Shown here: positions 1 to 13,400 of the stretch, in pieces
Position numbering within the stretch: position 1 is the stretch's first letter
How the letters are laid out: each line of letters opens with the position of its first letter
Origin: Azolla caroliniana
Taxonomy: Eukaryota > Plantae > Polypodiophyta
Assembly: GCA_043228905.1 (NCBI GenBank)
Contig: JBHGNT010000016.1
Location: forward strand, 6,944,001-7,008,000
DNA: 64,000 nucleotides
Direction of reading: 5' to 3'
Position numbers and translations under genes: made by a program
Notes under the pieces: model-generated
Database searches by the model: none
What the model was told of the DNA's origin: nothing
What the model saw: only the letters and a program-made list of their open reading frames with translations

Positions 1-2378
1 CGAGATGAGCATTGGAGTTTTTCATTTGTTGTGGCAATTACTTTCTTTACACCAGGTGTCCTCATGATGGGTACATCGAAGCCACCAAACTCACTATCGA
101 GTGAGTGAGTCAATTCGTTGTTGTCGAAGTGATCGTCTTCATATTCTAGCATTTTGGCCTAGCCTTTGTCAATCTTCGGACTTGGCCGAGATGTGCTTTG
201 GTCGCTGGGGGGCTCTTGTGGCCCACTGAGCCTTGTTGTGATTGGATTTTCTTTGAACATATGCCTCAATTGACCTTCGTCTTCTATCTCTTGGTTGGCC
301 AAGTTCGGGTTGACTGGAAATGATTCGGGAGGAGTCGGTTCAAGTTCGTACCATGACGTTGATTCGTCAAAGACGACATCCCGATTTACACGAACCTTCC
401 GAGTAGAGGGGTTGAAGCACTTGTACCCTGTTTTGCTACAATGAGTACCCTACCAGGATACACTTCTCCGACTTGGGATCTAGCTTTTGCCGCTTTTCGT
501 CGAGAATGTGTACATATGCAAGTGAGTCGAATATCCTTATATGGGATAGATCCGACTTCTTCCCATAGTACTTCTTGTGAGGGGTAAGTTCGTGCGCTCC
601 GGATGTTGTGCACCAGTTCCTGAGGTAAACGACATTGTTTCTTGCTTCGGCCCAATATGACTTCGACATGTGCTTCTCGTTTAGCATGACACATGCTACT
701 TTGAGGTTGTGCCGATTTTTGCGTTTGGCTACTCCGTTCTATTTTGGTGTATGTCGACATGAAAATTCTCGTCGAATTCCTTCTTATTGAAGGTATGTCA
801 TGAATGCATCGGAGAAGTATTCCTTGCCTCCTTCTAACCGAAGACATCATACATGTTGGCCTATGGCTTTCTCGACTTCATTCTTAAAATTTTGGAAGTG
901 TCCTCTCCTTCGGGAACGGGTACCGGTGTTGCTTGCCGAATTGGCAAGCTGCACATACGCCTTCAATCTCTTTCTCTTTGAAGGTTGGGAGCCCGATGAA
1001 GACTCCTTTTGATTGCATCCCCTTGAGCTTTTGGAGGTTGATATGGCCGATTCTCTTATGCCATAGCTCTATGTCGATGTCGTCTTTGGTGCCTTTTGCA
1101 AACATGGCCAATTTCATCTCGTGCGAATCGAGAATGAACATTCGGCCTTCCCTTTGACCGCGAGCGATGAGTCGACCTTCCTTCTCGATGAAGCAACCAA
1201 CTTGGTTGAAGAGGACTTGCATGCCTTGCTCTACAATTTGGCCAACTGAGACCAAATTATTCGTGATGGTCAGTACATGCAAGACATTCTTAATGTATGT
1301 TTTGTTTCCTTCGTTCCTGAATGGGACATTACTGATGTGCCGAATTGGATGAGTAGTGTCGTCTCCGGTCTCGATATAGCCAGGTCGGTCCAACTCTTGC
1401 AAGTCTTGGAAGCATTCTTCATGAGATGTCATATGATTCGAAGCACGGGAGTTGACGAACCATACGTCTTCCGAACATGAGGCACTAGTTGAAGTAGAAG
1501 CCAACATCACGAACATTCCACCATGGTCTTCAATCGGAGTTGGTAGCGTAATTGGTGAGTTATCGGCTTGTAGAAGTCAACTCACGCTTCTTCTTTTGGT
1601 ACTCTTCTTCGTGGTGGCCGATTTTGCCGCAATATCTGCACTCGATTGAGTTTTGTTGGTTTGGACCAGCATGGAAGCCCCCCCTTCTTCCGAACATTCC
1701 TCTATTGTTTCCGCCGAAATTGGGAGTTATTTTCATAGGTTGGACCCCATCCACGTAGTCCTCGGACGAATTGGCCTCTTCTTGCTTGATCGCATCCTCT
1801 TCCTCCGTTTGAGTGTATGTAGAGCATGTGGCCTTCTGAGGTGTTGCTCCTTGTTCAAACATGGTTTTCTTCAACCAACAACATTGATTGAAGATCGAAG
1901 AAAGAGGGAGGATTCTACATTGCTAAGACAACGGTTCTCATCGCGCCCAACCGTGGTGCGAGGCCGCCTAGGCATATTTGCACCATCTCATCATCCTCCA
2001 CGTTGACGCTTATTGAGCCGAGCGAGTCACAAAGCTCCTTGATCTTCAAGGTGTAGCTTGTGATGGACATGTCCTTTTGTTGAATGTTGTTCAACTCTTG
2101 GTGGCAAATATCTTCTTGAGATTTTCCCAAGCTTCTTTCAATGTCTTGGCTTCCCGAATGTAACCAAGCATGTGGTCATGGACACATGTCGCCAAGCAAT
2201 ACATCACTCGGCTTGCCAATTTCTCCCATGTTGAGTATTCGACGTCCTTCAGGTTGGGTTTGTTTTCTTGTGCTCCTTGAATGTAGCCCTAATAGCCTTG
2301 GTCGACATGTGTGTATATGTGAGTTGATTGTTTTGTGTGTGTATGTGTGAGAGAAAAGAGAGGAGAGAAGAGAAACAT
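1..2378 (-). mobile_element. Ty1/Copia element A: degenerate gag-PR-GAG-pre-integrase-integrase region plus the inner part of its 5' LTR; the element continues beyond the left window edge
   Basis: Broken minus-strand ORFs carry a zinc knuckle (CRYCGKIGHHEEE), protease-like WFVNSRASNHMT, LWHKRIGH...CAACQFGKQ and integrase ML.EKHMSKSYWAEA / KLDPKSEKCILVGY. LTR-like CT/CA-rich sequence at ~2310-2378 is fused directly to gag, so the PBS and gag start appear deleted. Confidence 0.9.
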
Positions 2379-2710
2379 TGTTGAATGCGGGTCTCTAATG
2401 GACGTATTCACACAGTCTCCCTTAAATGTACACACTAGGTTTAGGATATTTATGTAAATAGTGAGAAGAGTAGTTGCCCTAAGTTAGTTAGTATATAAAT
2501 TGACCTTGTAACCTAGTTTAAGGTTGGTTGAAAGTGGGTGAAATATAATTTACCTTGTACCCAATCTTTTCTCTCTCTTGCGTTATTGATTGATCTTGTT
2601 GATTGATTTGGTCTCTAGTTGCCATCAATATTCGTCATTGCTTCTATTAACTATCTCCTCACGGAAGAGTGTTGAGTTTGTTCCGCAATTAGAAGGCCAC
2701 GTCCTCAACA
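2379..2710 (+). repeat. Element B 5' LTR
   Basis: Direct repeat of 26302-26630 with roughly 20 differences by eye; TGTTGA...TCAACA termini. Confidence 0.95.
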
Positions 2711-2712
2711 TC

Positions 2713-2724
2713 TGGTATCAGAGC
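2713..2724 (+). promoter_or_regulatory. Primer-binding site (tRNA-iMet) of element B
   Basis: TGGTATCAGAGC 2 nt after the LTR end, complementary to the 3' end of plant initiator tRNA-Met. Confidence 0.92.
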
Positions 2725-3399
2725 TTGGCTCTCTCGATTCTATTGTCACTGTCTACTTTGTCTCCATCAGCAACTCCTCCTCTATACACCGTGAAGATCT
2801 TGGTTGGCAACCCTCTACAATATCGTTTTTCACGAAGAGAAACACCGGCAAAATCTGCACTCCATTGTTCTAAATCGCCATTGAAGTGAGCCAATTGGCT
2901 GCACTTCACTCCTGAAATTGTAGCCGCTCGAAATGAGATTCGCTTCACAAGCTATGCCTTAGCCGTACTACATTGGATTAGACAACAATCGAGTAGGTCA
3001 CCTGACGCTAGGCAATCGCTCGTCGTAATGACTCGTAGTAGTCTGGGCTCCAGGAACAACCCCTTTCTTTGCTTCATTCGGCTAGACAACATTCAAAAAG
3101 ATTTAGCTGAATCTGTTCTTCTCATTGTCGTAGTCACCTGAAGTAGGATTGGCCTGGATAATCAGGACATACGTTGTGTTTGAAAATCTCAAAAATCGAC
3201 ATTCAAAATCGAATCGACATACTCGGGTCCAACTCGACTAGGCTAGTCAACCGTAGTCACTTCGGATCGATCTCCCGAATTTCAAATTAGATTAGGCGTG
3301 TGTTCAAACTCGGCTAGAACAAATTCGGGTGAGCAATTTTGTTGCACCCAACCACTGTTCGTAGCCAACCCCGAACAAAGCCTCCCAAATTCGACACAG

Positions 3400-6300
3400 A
3401 TGGCATCAACATCCGGCTCGTCAAAGATGAGTCTAAGGAAGTTCGATGGATCAAACTTCAACTTCTGGAAGGAGTTGATGCAAGACTATTTAATAGTCAA
3501 GGGGCAAATTGACCCCATCGAAAACGAAAATGCTCCAAAAGGATACGAGCCCCTTGAATGGGAGAAGCACGACAGAATTGTCCAAGCTACTTTTCAGATG
3601 CACCTATCGGAGTTCGTGTACTTTACGGTGCAATCGTGTCCGACTGCTTTCCAATTATTGAAGACACTTTCGGACACTTATGAAAAGAAGATTTCCGTCA
3701 CGAAGATATATTTGATATGGCGCCTCTATAACCTTCAGATGAAAGAATCTGATTCGGTCCAGGCACACCTCAACGAGTACGAAAGTCTGAGCTACCAATT
3801 TCGGCTCAGGGGACGACTATCGAGGACGAACTAAGAGCAATGTTGCTTATGAGTACTCTCCCCCCTTCGTGGGAAACTTTCGTCACAACCGTGTGCAACG
3901 CATCGACTACGACTGTTAAATACTCCTCAGTCACGAGCGCAATTATGACTGAAGCAGCTCGGAGGAAATCATTTGCAAATGATTCGGCCAATAACGTGTA
4001 TGTAGTACAAGGTTCGACCAACCGATCGAACAACCGAGGAAGAGGTTCTTCACGACAGTCAAACAACCAGCGAAGTCGGAACAAGTTCCGGGATAATCGA
4101 GTCTGCAACTATTGCAAGAAACCGAACACATCAAAGATAGTTGTCGTGCGCTCAATGCCAGAAACGATAAGGCTCAACGAGCGGATCATAAGAGTGACCA
4201 GCATAAGGAGGTCAACTACGTCGGCTCTTTAACCGAAGTATTGTCGAACGACCCGAACATTCTATCCATTGAAAACCCAGTCGAATCAGAAATTCTGCTT
4301 ACGATTGAGGAATCGATCACATGGCTCTTGGATTCGGGTGCATCCTTTCATGTGACCCCTCATCAATCCCAATTTTGGCAATACTCAACCCGACACTCCG
4401 ACTCAGTTCGAGTCGGAAATTCGCAACATTGCGCGATTATTGGAATCGGCACAATAGAGCTCAACCTTCCGGGTGGCTCATTGGTACTACACAATGTCCG
4501 ACATGTACCTGAGCTCTCAAGACCCTTGATCTCAGTCGGACAACTGGATGAAGACGACATCGTGCCGGATTCTCATCATGAGGGTGGACACTCCACGAGG
4601 GGAACATCCTACTTGATCGAGGACCGAAAGTGCACTGATTGTACCAATTATATGTAACACTCAAAAAGGGTGACTTGTTCTTGGTAGACATTACCGTGTC
4701 ATCACTTTGGCATAGAGGACTCGGACACCTCAGCAAGGCCGGCATCACGCATTTATCTAGAGTCAGATACATCCCTAAACTCTCTTTCTCTGATCATCAA
4801 TTTGGCGAGCACTGCCAGTATGGCAAACAAATCGCAACCTCACACCCGACATCAGCACCGCGAGAATCGAGTCCGCTCGATTTGGTCCAGTCGGACATCT
4901 GTGGTCCCATGCCACATCAATCTCTCGGCGGTGCCTTGTATTTCGTTAGCTTTATTGACGACTCCACTTGGAAGGTGTGGGCGTACCCGAAAAAGACCAA
5001 AGATTGAGTGTTCTCGATTTTCTCCGATTGGCTCGCTATGGTCGAGAATCAGTCCGGCCGGAAACTGAAATGCTTTCGGACCGATAATGGAGGAGAGTTT
5101 AAATCTGAAGAATTCGTCAGATTCTGCCGACAACGCGGCATACGATGTGAATATACAGCACCCCACAGTCCGGAGCAGAATGGAATTGCCGAGTGGATGA
5201 ATCAGACAATTCAAGAAAGGATACTTTCCATGCTCCAACACTCCGGACTATCAGATGGCTTCTGGGCAGAGGCACTACTTACGACAATACACATAATCAA
5301 TATGTCGCCAAGTAGGCCTCTAGGACTTCGGATACCTCAAGAACTATGGAACGGTAGCAAGCCGAATTACGACAAGCTGAGGATTTTCGAGTGCGAGGCA
5401 TACACCCTCATACCAAAAGATGATCGCCGCAAACTTGCACCAAGGTCCAGGAAATGCATTTTCCTAGGTTATGGACCAGATGGAGAAATCGGCTACCGAC
5501 TTTGGGACCCCGAGCACAAATAGATCGTCCGAAGTTCAGACGTAGTGTTCAATGAGTCAGCCATGCATCAATCGGCCGAAAAACCGATCGAAGTCCAAAG
5601 GGTAATTTTTTCGGATGTGCCAACCCTTCGCGATGGCCCATCACACAACACAAGGTCAGCTTCACAGGTAGTCGAAACCTCTAATACCGACTCGGTAGCA
5701 CCCGACTCGGCACAACCGAATGTTTCGGCTTTGGACCATCCGACTTCGACACCCGATGCGACCAGTCCAGTCATACCTCGAAGATCCAAGAGATTGTCGC
5801 AACCCCCGGAGAGATACTCTCCTAGTATCTTCTTTACAAACGTTGGAGAACCAACGGCATACGAAGAAGCATCGGCATCAGCCGACTTGGCCACTTGGCA
5901 TCTGGCAATGGAGTTTGAAATGAACTCCATCAACGCAAACAAAACTTGGGACCTAGTCGAATTACCGAAGAATTGAAGTGCTCTTTCGTGCAAATGGGTC
6001 TATAGAATTAAAGAGATGTCTGATTCTGCCACCCCTAAATTCAAGGCCAGATTAGTTGCGAAAGGGTTTCGACAAGAATATGGCGTCGATTTCGACGAAA
6101 TTTTTTCACCAGTGATGAAAACGACAACCCTCCGCTTTATGCTCGGCCTCGTGGCAACCGAGAACTTGGGAGTTGATTCAGCTAGATGTCAAAACGACTT
6201 TCCTCCATGGTGATCTTAAGGAGGAAATTTATATGCAGCAGCCGAAAGGCTTTGTGGTATCCGGCCAAGAACATCTAGTCTACCGACTCAAGAAGAGTCT

Positions 6301-7257
6301 TTACGGCCTGAAACAGGCACCACAATGGTGGTATAAGAAGTTCGATGACTTCATTCAGTTGGTCAGCTTCTCGAAGAGCGATGAGGACCATTGTCTCTTC
6401 ACGAAAACAGCTTGAGATGGGTCATCCATCTTCCTCATCATCTACGTGGACGACATGCTTATCTCCGATCAGCAAGCCGGAGAGCTTGCTGAACTCGTTC
6501 GGCAACTATGGTTGAAGTTTGCCATAAAGGACCTCAGTCCGGCAAGACACATTCTCGGCATGAATATTAGTCTAAATCGAAATCGCAAACAATTGTTTCC
6601 GTCCCAATCCAACTATTTTGCCTGTGTCCTTGAACACTTCAACATGCAATCGGCTAAACCTGCTTCGACCCAGCTCCTCATTAGCCTTCAGGTGTCTCAG
6701 CGAGACTACCCAACATCCGGTTCAAAGGGGGACATTATGAAATCGGTACTGTATGCACCGGCAATTGGCTCCTTGATGTACGCGATGGTCGCAACACAGC
6801 CTGACATTGCTCACGTCGTAGGAGTCGTCAGCAGATTCATGCACAATCCCGGACGATCACAATGGAACACAGTAAAGCATGTGTTCAGATATCGGGTGGG
6901 CACATAAGACCTTGGCATTCTATTTGGCCCGAACGACATTGCAGGCATGGTCGGATACACCGACTCGGATTTTGCCGATTGTGTGGACAGTCGAAGATCG
7001 ACAACTGGATACTACTTTAAGTTCGGCAATGGAGCAATCTCGTGGAAATTGAAACTTCAGGAGTACACTGCCACATCAACGACTGAGGCAGAATACGTAG
7101 CTGCGTCCGATGCGGTGAAAGAGGCCTTATGGCTCGGTCGGTTGGCTTACACATTTCGACAAGTCAAATCCGACTCTGCTCTAGTTGTCTATAGTGATAG
7201 TCAGGGTGTTGTCGCTCTATCGAAAAATCTGGTCCATCACAACGCTTCGAACTACAT
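3400..7257 (+). pseudogene. Element B gag-pol pseudogene (gag, PR, IN, RT, RNase H); RNase H tail resumes at 25922-~26070
   Basis: KFDGSNFNFWK, CNYCKKP, WLLDSGASFH, RTDNGGEF, PEQNGIAE, KARLVAKGF, QLDVKTTFLHG, YVDDML, YTDSDFA; many stops and frameshifts. HNASNYI|DVRYH is split by the C insertion. Confidence 0.93.
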
Positions 7258-7355
7258 TGTTGAGAGACAAGCTCAACATTGGGAGCGTAAACAGGTGCGT
7301 AACCTAGTGCATAGACTGGGTGCATAAAACCGTGCGCTAAATATGGTCGTAGCGG

Positions 7356-7800
7356 TGTCGCGGTATTCCACAAGTACGTGTAAGATCTTAGGCGGGACCG
7401 CGGGGGTCTTGGACTAGGGAGTAGAGGGGGAATGGAAGCTTAGCTCGAGAGGAGAGGAGAAAGAATAGGACATAAACATAGAATGGATGGAGGCAAGATA
7501 CACAAACGAGTTATATTAAGAAACACCAAACGCTTTACAACCATGGTTGCATAGGCCGAACGAAAACATTATATGGAACCCTAACCGGATAAGTAAAGTA
7601 AAGAAGATGATGAAGAAGAAACCCTAAGAGAAACCCTAAACCTGAAATGGTATGAAGAAGAAGAAGAACAGTAAAACCCTAGACGAAACCCTAAAACCGA
7701 AATAGAAACCCTCGACCTAAGTGGTATACCTCTCTCACTCAAAATAGGCAACCCCCTCACAAGAGACCCCTCCCTTCCTTTTATAGCCCAAGGAGGGAGG
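7356..7800 (-). mobile_element. Truncated LTR fragment F inserted into C's 5' LTR; a deletion removed the rest of F, C's PBS and most of C's gag
   Basis: C's 5' LTR matches its 3' LTR only to ~7355. An unrelated sequence then begins TGTCGCGG, has a minus-strand TATA (CTATAAAA near 7780-7787) and AAACCCTA repeats, and joins abruptly to C's zinc knuckle at ~7801. Confidence 0.55.
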
Positions 7801-10148
7801 GAATGCTGGTATTGTAGCAAAAAAGGCCACATGGAGAGCGTGTGCTGGAAGAAGAGAGCCGATTCAGCTTTGTAGAAGAGACGCAAGAAGGCGTCAGAAA
7901 TCGCACTACGTTGAAGGCTCCGAACAAGTTGGAATTGGATCAGGCCCAGCCTTCGTAATGAAGCACAAGGTTAATTCGATGAACGTGAATACTTCAAAAT
8001 CGAACGAGGTGTGGTATGTTGATTCCGAAGCATCAAATCATATGACGAGTCATGAGGAATGGTTCTCGTACTCGGAGAAACCGGAAATGCAAGGAGTGGT
8101 CGAAACGGGAGACGACACTCCGCATACCATTGAACATGTCGGAGAAGTTCCTCTCAGTCACGTCGGGCAGAACGGGAAACTTATGAACGTGTTGCACGTC
8201 CCGACAATAACTAAGAACCTTTGACAAGGGGATGCAACTTTGATTCATGCACCTCGGGTGCTACATCGAAGAAGAAGGCAAAGTAATCACGCAAGGGCGT
8301 CGTGAAGGGAGGATGTTCATCCTCGACACCAACCAAGTCGGAACCCCACTGTTTGTGAAAGGACAGAAGGTCGAATCGGACATCGACCTGTGGCACAAGC
8401 GGTTCAGCCACGTTAACTTCCCACGGCTTGTGAAATGTAGACGAAGAATATTTTTTTCTAATTGCCGAAATTTCGGGGCCGTAATGGCCAAGTCTACGAA
8501 GCCTGCCAACTAGGGAAGCAGCACCAACTTCCATTCCCCAATGAGCGTAATCGTAGTCGAAATCCGTTGGATGTGATCCATTCTTATGTGTGGGAACCGG
8601 CACAGAACGTGAGTCTCGATGGAAGCCGTTACTTTGTAACCTTCATCGATGAGTTCAGTCGGCATACCTAGGCATGTACGATCGCAAAGAAGAGCGAAAT
8701 CTTCGCATGTTTCCTGAAGGTAAAGAACCTTGTAAAAAGGGAAACAAGACGTAGGATCAAATGCCTACGGTCCGATGGCAGGAACGAGTACTTCTCCGAC
8801 CAGTTCACGGGTTAGCTATAGAAGGAAGGAATTCGATGTGAATTCTCGTGTAGATACACGCCACAGCAGAACAGCGTGGCCGAGCGGAAGAATCGGACGA
8901 TCGAAGAAGCCGTCAGGGCAATGCTTGAAGAGAAGCATATGCCAAAGTTTTACTAGGTTGAAGCCGTAAAGACGGTTGTTTACTTGCATAATCGAACCTC
9001 TGCCAATGGAGGAGTGTCGCCACATGACCTGTATTTCGAAAAGAAGCCGAACTTGGCACACTTGAGGATTTTCAGCAGCATTGCATATGTGCATGTGCCG
9101 AAGCAGAAGAGGAGGAAGCTGGACTCCAAAGCCGAGAAGTGTATCTTGGTCGGCTATTCGGACAAGTAGAAGGGGTATAAGTGCTATAACCCCCGAACAA
9201 AGGAAGTTCGCGTATGCCGAGATGTCATGTTCGACGAGTCCGCTTCATGGTACTTTGCCTTCACCTCCAATACCTCATGATTCCATTCTGAATTCTGAAG
9301 AAGAGTTCAACGAGGCTGATATGCCTCTGCGTGATGAGGATATAGGATCTCTAAGAGAGAGTCCGATCTCATTTCGGCTAAGTGGGCCGAATGAGGGGTT
9401 GGGCTGAGATGGCCAACCAAATGAAGAATAGGCGAGTAGTGGAGACTCGACCGTGTTGTCCCCGCGTAAAGAACCAAGGAGACGGTTTATGCGTAAGAAA
9501 AAGGGACGTACAAAGTGTTAGAATACGATTTCGGCAGTGCCGAGTTAGATTGGAGCGAATCTGACTTTGGGCCAATCGAGAAGGAACCTCCATGGAAGGG
9601 GTCGAAATCGACCGAAAAGATTGTGAAATCGGGTGATCACGAATTACGTCGATCTACCCGCTTGAAGAACCCCGTAAAAAGATACGGGTACAATGAATAC
9701 ATGGCGCACCATTATGCCTACATGACACGAGTGGTGGAAGTGCGTGAGCCGGAGAGCTACGCAGAAGCGGCGGAAGACGCAAACGAGCGTGCCACGATGG
9801 AGGAAGGGATGTGTGCATTATCGGACAACGAAACTTTGGACCTGGTTGACGCACCTAAAGGTGTTAAGCCGATCGGATGCAGATGGGTTTTTAAGGTGAA
9901 ATACAACATAAACGGCTCGGTCAACCGATATAAGGCCCGGTTGGTTGCGAAAGGCTACGCGCAGAAGCACGACGTAGATTATGACGAGACCTTCGCCCCG
10001 GTCACGAAGATGACTACCGTGCGAGTTCTGCTAGCCGTAGCTACTGTCATGAACAGTACTGAGACAGAGAAGGAATTAGTACTAAACGAAGGATTAGTAC
10101 TATGAGAGGTGTGGAACTTCTTCGAGAGAAGGAAGAAGTGAGCGAGAC

Positions 10149-10201
<53 letters not shown>

Positions 10202-10488
10202 TGATAAGAAAGATATTTATTATATGAAGAGAATATACAACGGTGGCTAAAAGGCTTAAGACTGGCGTTGAACCAATTTGGTTCAACATAATGCCTAGTG
10301 CCCTCTTTTATAGTGTTTTCAGGAGTAATCCTGAAGCTTCTAGAATGTTCCAGAGAAATCTGGAATATACACTAATTTCCTATAATAAAATGTAAATGAA
10401 AATAATATCCTACGTATTACAATAGATGGTCTAATGGTCAAGAGCTCGACCCATATAACCTAAGGTCATGGGTTCGAGTCTTGCCATA

Positions 10489-13400
10489 TCATGACACTAT
10501 CCCCCCTTTAAAACGACGAGTGTCACGAGTCGTCTTGGATTGAGGACCCGGTTTGTGTGGATATTGACGATGGAAGTCTTCAAGAAGAGCACGAGCATTG
10601 GTTACATTCTCGATCGGTTCCCAAGTACGTTCGCTGGGACTATAGCCTAGCCAATCGACTAGATAGTAGAGCTTGTTGCGAACAATCTTGGAATCAAGAA
10701 TGGCGGCAACCTCGTACTCCGGCCCATCTTCAAGCTCGATCGGGGGTGGAGGTTGGATAAGACGTTCTGGGATGGTGCTCTCGTGGTAGGGTTCGAAGAG
10801 AGAACTATGAAACACCGGATGTATCCGAAGTTGAGGAGGTAGATCGAGACGAAAAGCAACATCATTAATCTTTCCAATAATACGGAAAGGACCTAATCGC
10901 CGATAATCCAACTTCTCACATGGGCGAGTAGTCTTGATGTGTCGTCGTAGCAACCACACCCGATCTCCAATATTAAAACTAGATGGAAGTTGATGACGAT
11001 CCGCGTAGACCTTGTGTGTTTGTTGAGCTTGCTGGAGATGAGTAGATAAATCCGCTTGTATCTTGCGTAACCGCTCCAAATGATCCTCTGCGCACGGATT
11101 TGTGGACACCTCTGGGGTTTCAAGTACACTCCACTGGGGGTGACATCCCGTATAAGCATAAAATGGCGTAACTTTAGTGGATGCGTGGATAGAGTTGTTA
11201 TAGGCAAATTCGGCGAAGTGGAGAATATCTGCCCAGTCATCCTGATGATAGCTGAGAAAGCACCGCAGATACTGCTCCAACGTTTGATTTGTTCGTTCAG
11301 CTTGGCCGTCAGTTTGTGGGTGGTAGCCGGAAGAGAGGTTACAAGTGACCTTGAGCATGTTAAAAAGGTGCTTCCAGAATTTTGACACGAACTGGGGTCC
11401 ACGGTCGCTGATGATACTATCGGGGAGTCCATGATGCCGACATACTTCACGCATGACAATTTCGGCAGTGTCTTCACTGGAGATCTCCTTAGTACATGGC
11501 AAGAAATGAGCCATCTTCGTATATCGATCGACCACCGTTAGAATCGCATTGAACCCCTTAGAGACTGGAAGATCTGTGATGAATTCTAGAGCAATGGATT
11601 GCCACGGCTTGCTTGGAATTGATAATGGTTCTAATAAACCATATGGATGATGCCTTGGCATTTTCGCTCTGCAACATGTATCACAAGTCCGAACAAAATC
11701 CTCGACAAATTGTCGCATACAAGGCCACCAAAATGATCGTTGTACTAAATGTAATGTTTTAGTACTACCAAAATGCCCAGCTGTATATGTGTCATGACAG
11801 TTTTGTACTACTCGAAGGCGGCAAGAACCATTAGGAACATACAAAATTTCTTTAAAGAAGAGTAATCCATCATGGTATTTGAATTGCCGATAGTCCGTAC
11901 CTGGTGGTTGCGACTGTGAACACGACGCTCGAGAGGGGTCAATTTGTGCTAGTATAGCTTGGGCGAACGCATCTGTCTTCAAGTCTTCACGTATGGTATC
12001 GATAACGCGGGAATCCATAGGCATGTCAAATATTTGTGTTGCTTGTAATCGTGCCGGTCCCAAGATGACTTGTTTTTGGTTATCGAAAGCTGGCTCGCCA
12101 GGACGGGGTGCTAGATACGAACGTCGTGATAATGCATCTGCCTTCCCTTGGTGCCTCCCCGGACGATATGTAATTTTGAAGTCGAAACGCGTGAGGAAGT
12201 GGGCCCACCAAGCTTGACGTCGATTCAACACACGAGCATCCTGAAAGTAGCCAAGATTCTTGTGGTCACTAAATACGGTGACTGGATGAGAGGATCCCTC
12301 CAGAAAATGCCTCCATTGCATAAAAGAATCCACTATTGCCAATAGCTCCTTATCATGGATTTCGTAGTTGATGTCGGCGGCATCAAACTTGCGTGAGTGA
12401 AAAGCCACAGGATGTAGCTTTTCATCATTCCCCTGTTGTGACAGAATGCTCCCTAATGCAAAATCCGATGCGTCAGCTTCGATAATGAATGATTTCTCCG
12501 GATCGACATGAGCTAGAATTGGAGCCGATGTAAATGCTTTTTTAAGACTCTCGAAAGCCATGTCCGTTTCTTCAGACCAGATGAACGGTTGTCCCTTCCT
12601 GGTAAGTTGTGTGAGAGGTAGAACGATCTTTGAGTAATCATGTATGAACTTCCAGTAAAAATTGGCAAAGCCTAAGAAGCATTGCACATCCCGTACCGAA
12701 CGCAAAGTCTGCCATTCTACCACCGTTCTGACCTTAGCTGGGTCCATGGAGATGCCTTCTGACGAAATGATGTAGCCGAGAAATTCCACTTGGTTGCACC
12801 CGAAACTACATTTTTCTAGCTTTGCATACAGACCATGTTCTCGAAGTCGTTTTAGTACTAATAGTACATGAGAATCATGTTCTTCTTGGGTCTTTGAATA
12901 AACCAGTAGATCATCCAAATAGATGATCAAACAATCATCCAATAGATCTCGGAATATATCATTATCCATGTGCTGGAAGACTGCCGGCGCATTAGTGAGG
13001 CCGAACGGCATGACAGTATACTCGAAGTGCCCATATCTGGTGCGAAACGCGGTCTTCCATTCGTCTCCTGGTCGGATCCGTACGAGGTTATATGCTCCCC
13101 GTAAGTCGATCTTCGTGAAGAACCTGGCACCATTGATCCGTTCTAAAAGACTTGAGATAAGGGGAAGAGCATACCTATTCCTGATTGTAACCTTATTCAA
13201 GCCACGGTAATCTACAACGAGACGAAGCGATCCATCTTTTTTCTTGACGAAGAAAATGGGCGCACCGGTTGGAGATTTCGAATGCCGAATGAAACCATTT
13301 TCCAAATTCTCCTCTATATAGGCCCGAAGGACTTCCAGCTCGGTTGGTGACAAATTGTAGATCGGTCCCCATGGCGGCTCTTTTCCCGGTTGTAAATCGA

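Noticed and set aside
10420-10490. Functional tRNA genes in the D and E LTRs
   Set aside because: Acceptor and anticodon stems do not pair; only the A/B boxes are retained, so these are reported as tRNA-like modules.
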